A DNA stretch of 63,992 bases, the filler included, from an uncultured Methanosarcinales archaeon (lineage in GTDB: Archaea > Nanobdellota > Nanobdellia > Woesearchaeales > CAZKBD01): the NCBI GenBank assembly GCA_964550945.1. It is 5 parts of 5 records of this genome, joined end to end, with 100 filler letters (N's around TTAATTAATTAA, not from the genome) between each part and the next. Parts side by side here need not be neighbours in the genome. Positions count along the whole stretch, not along the records: positions 43,138 to 56,815 come from CAZKBD010000049.1; positions 56,916 to 63,992 come from CAZKBD010000087.1; 3 more parts are not named here. One strand, given 5' to 3'. The notes under the pieces were generated by a model. That model searched no databases. It saw nothing but the letters and a program-made list of their open reading frames with translations, and was not told the origin of the DNA. Of the stretch, positions 51,081 to 60,610 are shown piece by piece. The translations under genes and the position numbers were made by a program. How positions within the stretch are numbered: position 1 is the stretch's first letter; each line of letters begins with the position of its first letter.

Positions 51081-54000
51081 TTAAGTTTTTTTAACCCTCA
51101 GCTTTGCAGTGAGCTCTTTCCACAGCAGTTTCTGTTCAGCTGTTAAGCCATCATTTGTCCAAGAAGTAGATGGGTATCTTGTTTGGGTCTGTACATGCTC
51201 TGTAGTAACCCCTCCAGCTGTGGTTTTGTTGCAAGAAATTGGCATGGTTTCAGTGCTTCCAATAATAGGGACAATCTTGATGAATGTGTATTCATTCACT
51301 GTATCACAAATTCCGCTGATAAAGTTCCTGTATTCTACTGCTAGATAGGTTGTAAATTCGCTGCTAGGATTTCCTGGATTTTTCGCAACTCTTTCGATAA
51401 CACCATCAATCTCTTTGTTATCTTTTCGATCCATATAGATTCTTTTGAAGTCTTGTGCGTATGCAAAACTATAACTCTCTAGTTCGCCATCTAAGAAAGT
51501 TCCATATTGAACTTGTTCTCTTCCTAACAGATATTCGATTATTGTGTTCCATAATCCAATCCACCGATCAAGAGCAGGTCTTACTTCAAGATTGGATATT
51601 GCGCCTTTTGAGAAGATTACAGACATAGTATAATTGTTATACCATACATTAGCTAGACTGCATCGCTCATAGTTAACTCCAGTAGCTCCGCTGCAGTCGG
51701 TTATTGCTGCTCCTGTACTGACTATGTTTAAGAAGGTGAATCTGGTCCTAAATTCTTCAGCTATTGGTTTATTAAGCGCTACTCCTAGAAGCACTTTTTC
51801 TTGATCGCTTCCTGGATTTAGCCTAAGCACGCAGATGTTATTGATCAATCTTGATAATGGGTTGTTTGATTTAGGATTGTCTCTTGCAAAATCTTGGGAT
51901 TCAGAGCCGTAATTTAGTGATTCATTATAATTATCGCAAAATAATGTGAAATCTGTACTGCTTCTAGAATAGTTTAATAATTTTTGCGCAACCAACTTAG
52001 TCCTTGATGTCCATGTTCCATTCTCGCAATAATGGTCGCCGATAAACTGGCCGTCATTAATGCATTGGATTTCATTATCCTTCCAATCATCATAATTCAA
52101 ATGATTTAAATCAGAGAGATTTCCATTATCAAAATTCTCTTTTTCCTCTGGTTTTACCAAGCACTGGCTGTTATAAGGGCAGTAGCCTTTATTTCTTTTG
52201 TCCCATGTATATTTAACTAAACTCAAACTCCAATTTCCATCTATACACCTCTGCCCATCTATAAGGTTAACTGAATCTCTGCCTGGAAAAGGAGGATCTA
52301 ATGGATCGCGATTCTGCTCTGGATAGCATCCTGTTCCGTTCCAGCATTGCTCTGGAGTGCAGCATTCTGTTTGCTGCAAAGAAGGATCATTCCATGGGAT
52401 AGTTGTTGCCTGAGTCCTGTTTTCATTAGTTGGCAGCCATTCTCCTGTATAAGAGCAGAAAATGCCGTCATAGGCTCCATTCCCATAAATAGATCCCTCA
52501 AATCTGCAGTAATCATAATCAGTCCTTGGATAGTCTGGGTTGTTCCATGGATCATTCCTGCAGAAATGCGACCATTTGTTGTCTGAAAGGCAGTAAAAAG
52601 GATAATTGTCTATATCTACTTCTGCTAATAGTCCAGCACTCCTAGGAGAGATACAACTCCTGTCTGCACAACATTCATATACGTGATTTGCACCATACTC
52701 ATCATCGCATAAATACTCGTGATACACCCCACCATATGTTGGCGCAGCTATCAGGCCGTTTAAACTAGACAGCCTTATTAACCCGTTTGATGCGGTTAAT
52801 ATTCCGTTATTACTGGCAAGATTACATGTAAAATTAGTTATATTTGCATCATCTGAACTAAACGCAACAGCAAATGTATAAGGCTCGTATGCATATCTAT
52901 AAGCTGCATGGGCATTAGTTGAACTAGAGAGGCTTAATAAATATTTTTTATAAGCTCCCGTGCCTGATTTAAGAATATTGACTGATGGGTCATTTAAATT
53001 TTTAGCTTCACAGCAAATTCTTGATGGATAGCCTTGATCTAAGGTAGGTGTGGGGTCATTAGGACGACCTGGAGTGCGTAACTCTCCAGTATAAATATAC
53101 CCTCCCTCCATTCCTGATGGAATAAGGCCATGAACCGAATATCCTCCATCTAGTTGCGGCCCTCCTCCTGGAATGATTGCGCCATAGGAAGCATAACTTA
53201 AAGCTGCATGGGCATTATCCTGCCTTGATAATCTAAAAATTTCGACTTTATTACCTTCAAGCATACTACAATCTGAATCACTAATTTCACACTCTAAACT
53301 ATACCTGTTAGGTGGTTGGCAGAGTAAACTCCAGTTATACTTCCCAAGCCCACACTTTTCCATGTGAGCATTTATTCTGTCTGATAATGATACTACACAT
53401 ACAGAAGTGCTTATATTAATTATAGGTGGAGTGCCATCACACATGAACAATCCCTTCTGCCCACCCGATACTACATCATAATAAGTAGAATTTGGACACT
53501 CTGAACGGCCTATTGTTCCTATATTAACCGAATGCTTATAGTCATACCAATAAAAACTCGGATAGCTAGGATCTATGTTGCAGAAGAACTTATTATCAAT
53601 AGCGCTGATTGTACCGCATTCATATTTATCATCCCCGCAGCACCCTATAGGATCAATATAATGCCCAGGTATTGCGTTGCATAACGCCTCATTAGAATCA
53701 GGATCGTTGTTTGCAACAGTTGCTGCCATGCTTTTAGCTGCAGGAAAGTTAACGCTGCCCTTAGCTCCCTCTTCCTTCAAGGCAGAGTTTATAGAAGAGT
53801 TAAGAGAGAATTTAATATCTTTAGTATCAAGACTGCTGCCAGACGGAGTTATATTAAATTTTGGATTCTCTTCTGAAAAACTCCCACAATACTGTTTTGT
53901 AAATCTATGAATTGTACGATCAGCATCGCCGCTTGGTGGTGTTGAAACTCCCCCTTCAAAATCAATGTATTCAATATCCCACGATGAAGGTAAAGTCACA

Positions 54001-54563
54001 TCTATCCATCCATCATAACAATCGTCAGGATTCCATGAGCAGTCTTCCCCTTGGCAAGCGATATGCAAAGAAACTTCAAAAGGCACTCCATCAATCAATT
54101 CGATATTATCCAAATCTTCTGGTGCGGTTATCTCCATATTAACTTTAGCGTCAATAGTATTGTCGCATCCAGAAATAAAAATCAGCATTGCTATTGAAAA
54201 TAAAAAAATTATTTTTTCTGCTTGCAGATTCAAAGCATAAAAAGAGAATAAATAAAAAAGGATTATGAAAAGCAAGAGAAAGAAGTAGTCTAATTTTAAA
54301 TTATGTGCATTATTAGTGGTTATATCATCAGCTGCCTTAGCTGTACTCTCCAAATTGTTCACATAATTAGTGCTTTGGTCAGTTATGAAAGAAAAAGGCG
54401 TTATTTGGCCGAATGTTCCTGCGATTATATTTTTTTTGCCAGTATCTGATTTGATTATATAGTTTTCTTCATCCAAAGCAAAAGCCAATGGCGCCATAAT
54501 TAGGTTTATAGCAACCCAAATCAATAATACATTATTTGAAAATGAAAAGATTTGTTTTTTCAT
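51081..54563 (-). CDS. Large Cys-rich surface protein with shared leader and internal lipobox-like ISGC
   Basis: 1160 aa; repeated LS..xNAH motifs and many Cys; YCENG.W.SRTK..A..L. Confidence 0.8.
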   Translation of the reverse strand: MKKQIFSFSNNVLLIWVAINLIMAPLAFALDEENYIIKSDTGKKNIIAGTFGQITPFSFITDQSTNYVNNLESTAKAADDITTNNAHNLKLDYFFLLLFIILFYLFSFYALNLQAEKIIFLFSIAMLIFISGCDNTIDAKVNMEITAPEDLDNIELIDGVPFEVSLHIACQGEDCSWNPDDCYDGWIDVTLPSSWDIEYIDFEGGVSTPPSGDADRTIHRFTKQYCGSFSEENPKFNITPSGSSLDTKDIKFSLNSSINSALKEEGAKGSVNFPAAKSMAATVANNDPDSNEALCNAIPGHYIDPIGCCGDDKYECGTISAIDNKFFCNIDPSYPSFYWYDYKHSVNIGTIGRSECPNSTYYDVVSGGQKGLFMCDGTPPIINISTSVCVVSLSDRINAHMEKCGLGKYNWSLLCQPPNRYSLECEISDSDCSMLEGNKVEIFRLSRQDNAHAALSYASYGAIIPGGGPQLDGGYSVHGLIPSGMEGGYIYTGELRTPGRPNDPTPTLDQGYPSRICCEAKNLNDPSVNILKSGTGAYKKYLLSLSSSTNAHAAYRYAYEPYTFAVAFSSDDANITNFTCNLASNNGILTASNGLIRLSSLNGLIAAPTYGGVYHEYLCDDEYGANHVYECCADRSCISPRSAGLLAEVDIDNYPFYCLSDNKWSHFCRNDPWNNPDYPRTDYDYCRFEGSIYGNGAYDGIFCSYTGEWLPTNENRTQATTIPWNDPSLQQTECCTPEQCWNGTGCYPEQNRDPLDPPFPGRDSVNLIDGQRCIDGNWSLSLVKYTWDKRNKGYCPYNSQCLVKPEEKENFDNGNLSDLNHLNYDDWKDNEIQCINDGQFIGDHYCENGTWTSRTKLVAQKLLNYSRSSTDFTLFCDNYNESLNYGSESQDFARDNPKSNNPLSRLINNICVLRLNPGSDQEKVLLGVALNKPIAEEFRTRFTFLNIVSTGAAITDCSGATGVNYERCSLANVWYNNYTMSVIFSKGAISNLEVRPALDRWIGLWNTIIEYLLGREQVQYGTFLDGELESYSFAYAQDFKRIYMDRKDNKEIDGVIERVAKNPGNPSSEFTTYLAVEYRNFISGICDTVNEYTFIKIVPIIGSTETMPISCNKTTAGGVTTEHVQTQTRYPSTSWTNDGLTAEQKLLWKELTAKLRVKKT

Positions 54564-54569
54564 AATTAG

Positions 54570-54998
54570 TTAAATTTCGCAACAATAAACATGCAGATCA
54601 TCACCTTGGGCTCTTCCACCAAAATGTTTTACTCCAGCCATAAATCTACCGTTACCACAGAGGCATTCCTGCCCCAGGCTTTTACAATTTATCCAATTAC
54701 ATTCACCATAACTATTATAATCTGCTATTATATCATCCCATACAATTAGATCAAAAGGATTACGGATTGTGATGCTGCGAGTATCCAAATGCCCAACAAC
54801 CTCTAGACCAGTGTCGATTTTGACTTTATTTGCTGGAAAGGTAATTGGCCCCAGATCAAGGTCATCCTTTGTATGGCCAAATACAGCTGGGTTGCCAGCT
54901 GCTACAACCAATAGCCCAATCGCAAAAACCGCAATCAAAGCAGAAAGGATATACAGATGTTTTTTCTTAACATTAATCTCAATTTTCATATAGACCAC
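54570..54998 (-). CDS. Small membrane-anchored Cys-rich protein
   Basis: KKKHLY + TM + P..FGH; C-terminal C.NGRFMAG...YCC. Confidence 0.75.
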   Translation of the reverse strand: MVYMKIEINVKKKHLYILSALIAVFAIGLLVVAAGNPAVFGHTKDDLDLGPITFPANKVKIDTGLEVVGHLDTRSITIRNPFDLIVWDDIIADYNSYGECNWINCKSLGQECLCGNGRFMAGVKHFGGRAQGDDLHVYCCEI

Positions 54999-55123
54999 CT
55001 TTTTTTATAATTATATCTATCAATACTCTAATACCAAGCTAACGCATATTTAAAAGTTTCTATTTTATTTTTTAAGCTGTTTGGTTTAAAAAATAAGAAG
55101 GATTATTTGAGTAAAGCATGGCC

Positions 55124-55216
55124 ATACTCACTCGCATAATTAATTGAGCAATACCTGCTCGTTCGTAATAAGCAAAGAACATAATCTATTGTTCAATTAT
55201 TTGTGTTCTTTGCTAT
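55124..55216. mobile_element. Hairpin (MITE-like) element, short copy
   Basis: ATACTCACTCGCATAA.TAATTGAGC...TGCTCGTTCGTAATA.GCAAAGAAC...GTTCTTTGCTATA, shared with 50704-50940. Confidence 0.65.
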
Positions 55217-55262
55217 AACTATTAGTTAAAATGGCATTCATACGAAATTGAGAAAGTCGGAT

Positions 55263-55334
55263 TCATGCATGTTTCATGAATTCTTCTCTGCTAATCTGGA
55301 TATCATGTTTTATGGCCTTATTTAGAGATGGGCT
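55263..55334 (-). pseudogene. Possible HicA-toxin C-terminal remnant
   Basis: Translates to SPSLNKAIKHDIQISREEFMKHA* directly after the Fic stop; no start codon. Confidence 0.3.
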
Positions 55335-56585
55335 TTAGGATAGCTTCTCATTGATTGCTTTGAGATTAAACATAATAATCTGCTGGAGCAACTGACTGAG
55401 GTTTTTGTCATCCCTTCTCTTTGCCCCTTTTGTGGAGAATACATACGCCTCAAGCAAGCCTAGGGGTATGTCTAGAATCGGGATATCATTCATAAGCAGG
55501 AAATGAAATGTGATTAGCCTCGTGGTTCTGCTGTTTCCGTCAAAAAACGGATGGATATGCTGAAATTCATTGTGTAAGTAGGCTGCGAAGCCAACTATCT
55601 CACCAAGAGCATGTTTTTTCTTCGCATTAAAATCATTGTATCTCTTGAGCAGTGCTGCAACCATGCTCTCAATCTCAGTATAATGAGCTACCTTGTAATC
55701 TGCATTCCCCCTGATAATAACCTGATCATCCCTAAATCTGCCAGCAATCTCTTTTTTATGCTGCATTGCAATAAAGTGATAATTCAGTATGTTTTCTTTA
55801 GTGATAGCAGAATCATCATGGATATTCTCTATCATTTTCGAGAAGGCTTTTTGGTAATTCTCAACCTCATGGATAGATTCCATGCTTAAGTTCTCAGGAA
55901 CAATCTTATCCCTAAGAAGTTTAAATGTCTGTGCTAATGTAATTGGGTTGCCCTCGATGCTTAAGCTGTGGTGAATGAATTTAATCTGGTATGTTTCTGT
56001 CAATTCCTGGTATTTTCTTTCATTTGAGATTCTAAGCTTCTTAAATTTGGAAAGCTCTGATTGAATCTCATCAAAATACTCGTCTTCTTTTTTCTTGGTT
56101 ACCAGATGATGATGCCCGTAATATGCAGTAAGGTCGCCAAGAAATGAATTATAGGGAACTACAGCTTTGAATGGCTTTCTTGAAAGCACCAGCAGAAAAC
56201 CATTTTTCTCAAGAATGCCAGAAACTTTGGAAACGGTTTTCGCATTCAAGCCAAGGTCTTTCATTCCGAATGATTTTTTTAAGAAGGCTTTGCTCAGGTA
56301 TTTGGCTACAGACTCATCAAATAACTCATTATAATTAACGCCATTCTTTATACAGTATTTTAGCATATCATAAAGATGCTGGTGCTTAGCATTCATGGTT
56401 GCCTGGTATCCATATTTATTTTTCTCAATGAGCTTCATCTCAACAAGGGTGTCAAGTATTTTTCGAATCCTCTGGTATTCTGTTTTTTTCTTCTTAAAGG
56501 CTTTGACAATATCTATGCTGCCCTTTGGATTGCCGCTCTGGTATAATTCAACAAAAACATCATATTTTGTTACCATATCAACCAC
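55335..56585 (-). CDS. Fic-domain protein with N-terminal winged-helix region
   Basis: HPFFDGNSRTTR Fic motif; SLSIEGN inhibitory helix (class II arrangement). Confidence 0.9.
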   Translation of the reverse strand: MVDMVTKYDVFVELYQSGNPKGSIDIVKAFKKKKTEYQRIRKILDTLVEMKLIEKNKYGYQATMNAKHQHLYDMLKYCIKNGVNYNELFDESVAKYLSKAFLKKSFGMKDLGLNAKTVSKVSGILEKNGFLLVLSRKPFKAVVPYNSFLGDLTAYYGHHHLVTKKKEDEYFDEIQSELSKFKKLRISNERKYQELTETYQIKFIHHSLSIEGNPITLAQTFKLLRDKIVPENLSMESIHEVENYQKAFSKMIENIHDDSAITKENILNYHFIAMQHKKEIAGRFRDDQVIIRGNADYKVAHYTEIESMVAALLKRYNDFNAKKKHALGEIVGFAAYLHNEFQHIHPFFDGNSRTTRLITFHFLLMNDIPILDIPLGLLEAYVFSTKGAKRRDDKNLSQLLQQIIMFNLKAINEKLS

Positions 56586-56712
56586 CTAATTCGTACTGCT
56601 TAATAAATCTTCCTATTTGGTATAGAAAATACAAAATAATTGTACTTTTTATACTAAATATCTGATGTTGCAGCGCATACTATAATTGATATCCCTGAAC
56701 TCACCTAAATCT

Positions 56713-56754
56713 GTCAAGAACTGCGGACTGAAATCCACAGCGTGCAGTTCTTGA
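56713..56754 (+). mobile_element. IS200/IS605-like palindromic mini-element
   Basis: GTCAAGAAC-TGCGGACTGAAATCCACAG-CGTGCA-GTTCTTGA. Confidence 0.45.
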
Positions 56755-56815
56755 GCATGAACCAAGAAAGGAAAAATTAATTCTTAATTTTTCCAATTCT
56801 TAAATAGTTCTAACT

Positions 56816-56915
56816 NNNNNNNNNNNNNNNNNNNNNNNNNNNNNNNNNNNNNNNNNNNNTTAATTAATTAANNNNNNNNNNNNNNNNNNNNNNNNNNNNN
56901 NNNNNNNNNNNNNNN
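56816..56915. other. Artificial contig linker
   Basis: N-run with TTAATTAATTAA. Confidence 0.97.
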
Positions 56916-57558
56916 CTATCACAGGAGAATCAGCAAAGGACTCTTTTACAACAATCTCTCCATCGCTATTCTTCTTCTCTAAATCAACAGCAAACACATA
57001 ATCAACTGAGCAGGGAATGTCATAACCAAGCTCCTTCCTGCTTCCAACATCAGTTGCTTTTACTCTAACAGAATCCTTTAAGTCAGACTCCAGTATCGTG
57101 AGATGAGAAATGCAGTTAGAGCTGTTAATGCTGGAAATCGCTTTATAACCAAACAATAAAGAAGCAGCAATAACCAAAGCGACTAGAATATACTTTATCA
57201 CTTCCATATTCATCTGCGATTTAGAATTCAGCTTGACTACAAACACTAATAAAGCAAGTAGAAAAAACCATGCCAAATAAATCAAAAATAAGTTTTTATC
57301 TGTTTTAACCGGAATATTGTCTTTTTCAGGCAGATTATTATTTTCTCCATTGAATAAGGCAATTTTCTCTTCTTTATTGCTAATAAGATTATTATTTATT
57401 GGAGCTATTTTAGCAAACATCCCTATTTCATTACTTTCTTTATCAATCTCTTTAGAAACAAAGCCTAGCTCATCTTCATAAGCAACAGCAGCTGGAAATA
57501 AGAGAATATTGCAAATTACCCAAGATAAAACAAAATATTGAGCAATTTTGTTAAGCAT
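56916..57558 (-). CDS. Surface protein with shared leader and internal prepilin-like SKSQ|MNME site; truncated by contig end
   Basis: WVICNILLFP...GMFAKIAP...YLAWFFLL...SKSQMNMEVIKYILVALVIA; ATG at 57558. Confidence 0.75.
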
Positions 57559-57575
57559 TATGATCCTCTTTTTAT

Positions 57576-57866
57576 TTAGCAATGTTTTGGTTGCGATTCA
57601 AAAATGATTTTTTCTATTTCATCTATCTTTTTAACGTTTAATTGGTAAGCGTCTCCATGCTTTGTTCTGCCATAACAAAGGACTAGCCCCTGTTGGATAA
57701 GCTCATTAAGAACCTCTCCTACACAACCAGCAAGATGCGGCGGTATTCCTGAAGCAAGCCTTTCATAGAGCATGTGGCCTTTACTGAAAGCTTTATTTGA
57801 GTACAACTTTTTAATTATGTTCCTCTTTATAAGAATGTAATCGCTTCTTGACAATTTTCTTCCCAT
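57576..57866 (-). CDS. Small winged-helix-like hypothetical protein
   Basis: LNELIQQGLV...TKHGDAYQLN wing pattern. Confidence 0.6.
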   Translation of the reverse strand: MGRKLSRSDYILIKRNIIKKLYSNKAFSKGHMLYERLASGIPPHLAGCVGEVLNELIQQGLVLCYGRTKHGDAYQLNVKKIDEIEKIIFESQPKHC

Positions 57867-57978
57867 GATTAAACTGAGGCATAATCCCTATATAATATTT
57901 ATTCTTTTAATGTTTATTGATAGCCTATATTGGCTAAAAATAGAAACATTTATATAGTGGCCATGCTTACAAATCCAC

Positions 57979-58302
57979 ATGATGGATAATAAAACAGCTT
58001 TCCTTGAAGTCTTTGGGGATACCCCCATACTAAGAGTGATGGATTTTTTAATAGTTAACGAGGATTTCGATTATAGCATGACTGATATAGCTAATCTTTC
58101 AGGGGTAGGCTATTCTACTTTAAAGCTGTTTTGGGAAAAATTGGGATACAGCAAGATTGTAACCCAGACAAGAATTGTTGGAAAAGCCAAAATGTACAAG
58201 CTTAATTTTGCCAATCCTATTGTCAAAAAATTCAGGGATTTCTACTGGGAAACAACAAAGCAGATAGTAAGGGAAGAGATTAAGGAGAAAGTTGTTGTTT
58301 GA
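57979..58302 (+). CDS. HTH transcriptional regulator (ArsR-like)
   Basis: FGDTP.LRV.DFL.....DYSMTDIA..SGV..STL...TR.VGKAKMYKLN; TATA at about 57947. Confidence 0.8.
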   Translation: MMDNKTAFLEVFGDTPILRVMDFLIVNEDFDYSMTDIANLSGVGYSTLKLFWEKLGYSKIVTQTRIVGKAKMYKLNFANPIVKKFRDFYWETTKQIVREEIKEKVVV

Positions 58303-58351
58303 CTGTTAATGTAAAGCGTAAACTATTAGTCTATATGAATAAACTTTTTGT

Positions 58352-58972
58352 TTATAATTTCCTCAATTTGTCCAGCATCTCTTTCTTTTTCAGCTTGAGC
58401 TGCCGTGGATTCATGCCAATATAGTTTATATCTTTAAAATTACTAATAATTTTCTTCAATCTTTCATAAAAATGCCCTAGTTTATACTTCTGCAATATTC
58501 TAAAATACTCCCTGAAATCAATCTCAGAATAAAAAAGCATAGTCATAATATCTACTCTGTCTTTTCCTCCTTTTACCGAGCTTTCTCTGTCAAATTCAGC
58601 ACCTTGCTTCAATATTAACAAAAGCTCTGGCTTAGGAACCTCAAAATTTTGAATGGTGCTAGTATAATCTTTTATATCCTCAGCAGGTATTGCTAATGCA
58701 GAGAAAAAAGGCACATAAATATCAAGGTCTATCTCCTCAAATTTGATCTCATATTTTTTTAGATGATCATTCTTAACTAGATTATAGTTTTCTTTAAGGA
58801 AACTGATGTCCTTAAAATCATTGATAACAATATCAATATCCTTGGACTTATGCATGTTTGTATAAAGAAAAGCTGCCCACCCTCCAATGACTATAAAATC
58901 AAATTTTTTCTTTCTCAATTCCAATAAGGTATTCCAGCTTTTCTCAGTTAAGATGCTATTCCAGAACTGCAT
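58352..58972 (-). CDS. Pol-beta-superfamily nucleotidyltransferase (AbiEii-like toxin candidate)
   Basis: IVIGGWAA, SKDIDI, IDLD, K...KDRVD. Confidence 0.7.
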   Translation of the reverse strand: MQFWNSILTEKSWNTLLELRKKKFDFIVIGGWAAFLYTNMHKSKDIDIVINDFKDISFLKENYNLVKNDHLKKYEIKFEEIDLDIYVPFFSALAIPAEDIKDYTSTIQNFEVPKPELLLILKQGAEFDRESSVKGGKDRVDIMTMLFYSEIDFREYFRILQKYKLGHFYERLKKIISNFKDINYIGMNPRQLKLKKKEMLDKLRKL

Positions 58973-59531
58973 TTAGCCTCTCCTCCATTGCTTTTAGAAA
59001 GTCCTTCGCATACCATTCCTTAAGATTCCATAGATCCACAAATATTAAAGCTGATGTTAATTTCATATTTCTATCTTTTTCAAGAACAAATAGGTTAGGC
59101 GTTTTATTGTTTTTAGGAAACCTTTTTTCAATTTCCTTAACATTGCTGGAATAAACATAAACCTCAGAATAATCAGCAGGCGCATCTTTGAATTTGAACT
59201 TATATGCTGAGTATGCAGCAAAAACAGCTTCAGAGGGCATCTCAGATTCTATTTTTCTGGCAGGCTTCTCAACCCTTGTGCTGTAAACAATATCTTTTTC
59301 AATATTCCTCACAGAAGCCCAGTAATAAAGAATCTTTTTTTTGTCAATGACTTCAAAACCCCTTTGCTTAATGCTGACAGCATTCATCCTGGCCAATGGC
59401 TTTAAAGCAAGATTAACGATGCTTAAAGAGACGCCCAGAGCCTTGGCTAAGTAAGACTGAGTTAGCTTGCTATTTTTCTTTTCCATGCTCTCATACAATA
59501 TCTCTCTATAGGCCTCTTCAACTCGTTTCAT
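58956..59531 (-). CDS. Winged-HTH protein (AbiEi-like antitoxin candidate)
   Basis: TQSYLAKALGVSLSIVN; VYVY; IFVDLW; overlaps the nucleotidyltransferase start. Confidence 0.65.
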   Translation of the reverse strand: MKRVEEAYREILYESMEKKNSKLTQSYLAKALGVSLSIVNLALKPLARMNAVSIKQRGFEVIDKKKILYYWASVRNIEKDIVYSTRVEKPARKIESEMPSEAVFAAYSAYKFKFKDAPADYSEVYVYSSNVKEIEKRFPKNNKTPNLFVLEKDRNMKLTSALIFVDLWNLKEWYAKDFLKAMEERLNAVLE

Positions 59532-59603
59532 ATTTCTATTATAATAGATAGTGCTTTATAAATCTTTCTACTTTATTAGAAATATACTTAAACAAACATC
59601 CTA

Positions 59604-60266
59604 CTATTTAGAAATAGTGGTTCCTTTGAAATTTTTATCTTCAATCACATTTCTTAGGTTATCAATGCTCCTGCCGCAAATAATAACTCTGATATCCAAT
59701 TTCTCTGCTTCCCTGACTGCAACAGGGTCAAAAGGCATGTTAAGCCCCGGCTTCCATTCGCAATCAATGATCTTCTTGATATCTTTAAAAGAAACCTTCT
59801 TCAATGGCTTCGCTCCCAAAAGTTTAGGGTCTTTGTCATAAACATAATCAACATTAGTCATGTTAATAACCATATCAGCCTTAAGATTCTTAGCTAAAAG
59901 GACTGCATCATAATCAGTGCTCCAGCCAGGCTTCCATCCAGCTGCTATCAATATCCTTTTATTAGACTTAACTTTCAGAGTAGGATCCCCAATTATAGCG
60001 CCAGCATTCTCCCCAAAAACACACTTAACCAAAAAAGCATTCAGATAAGTTGCAGCAATGCCTACCCAGTCTAATGACTCCTTGTCATCAACAATCTCGC
60101 CTAATGCTTTCTGGTATTTCCGAGCGATTGAACCGCCGCCGCAATAAACCGCAAACCTGTATCCCTTAAAACTAAGTATCAAATCTTTAAATTGACGTAA
60201 GAAAGAAATATCTATCTCATCAGGAACAATTAATGATCCTCCCAATGATATTACAATTGTTTTCAT
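59604..60266 (-). CDS. pyrH: UMP kinase
   Basis: IVISLGGS, CGGG..ARKY, PGWSTDYDA, TNVDYVYDKDP, PFDPVA. Confidence 0.93.
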   Translation of the reverse strand: MKTIVISLGGSLIVPDEIDISFLRQFKDLILSFKGYRFAVYCGGGSIARKYQKALGEIVDDKESLDWVGIAATYLNAFLVKCVFGENAGAIIGDPTLKVKSNKRILIAAGWKPGWSTDYDAVLLAKNLKADMVINMTNVDYVYDKDPKLLGAKPLKKVSFKDIKKIIDCEWKPGLNMPFDPVAVREAEKLDIRVIICGRSIDNLRNVIEDKNFKGTTISK

Positions 60267-60610
60267 GATCCTAATCCTATAAGTGTTACACCTGAAATGA
60301 TCAAGGCTATTCCCAGCCATTTAAAGACATTCATTTTTTCCTTTAAAAGCTTAACTGAAAATATTGCAACAAATACATAAGTGACAGACACCAGAGGATA
60401 TAAGACAGAAAGCTCCCCGCCTTTTAATGCTGGGATAAACATGAGGGTGCCAAGCCCATACAATGAGATGCCGCCAAGCAGATATTTATTTTTTATTATA
60501 TCCAGGCTTAATGTTATATCTTTAGATGCTTTTTTTATTAGGATGGGAGCTAATGAGCCAATAACCGCAGCAGATACAACCAGTAAGATCGCCCATAGTT
60601 CTGTTGCCAT
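60263..60610 (-). CDS. EamA/SMR-like four-TM transporter
   Basis: ALKGGELSVLYPL...YV...LLKE......WLG. Confidence 0.85.
   Translation of the reverse strand: MATELWAILLVVSAAVIGSLAPILIKKASKDITLSLDIIKNKYLLGGISLYGLGTLMFIPALKGGELSVLYPLVSVTYVFVAIFSVKLLKEKMNVFKWLGIALIISGVTLIGLGS

Noticed and set aside
14421..56915. Four TTAATTAATTAA palindromes as a biological repeat, and gene linkage across them
   Set aside because: Each sits centred in a 100-nt N-linker and the complete contigs fall in length (14215, 14202, 13678), indicating size-sorted artificial concatenation. ORF-track ends inside the linkers are artefacts.
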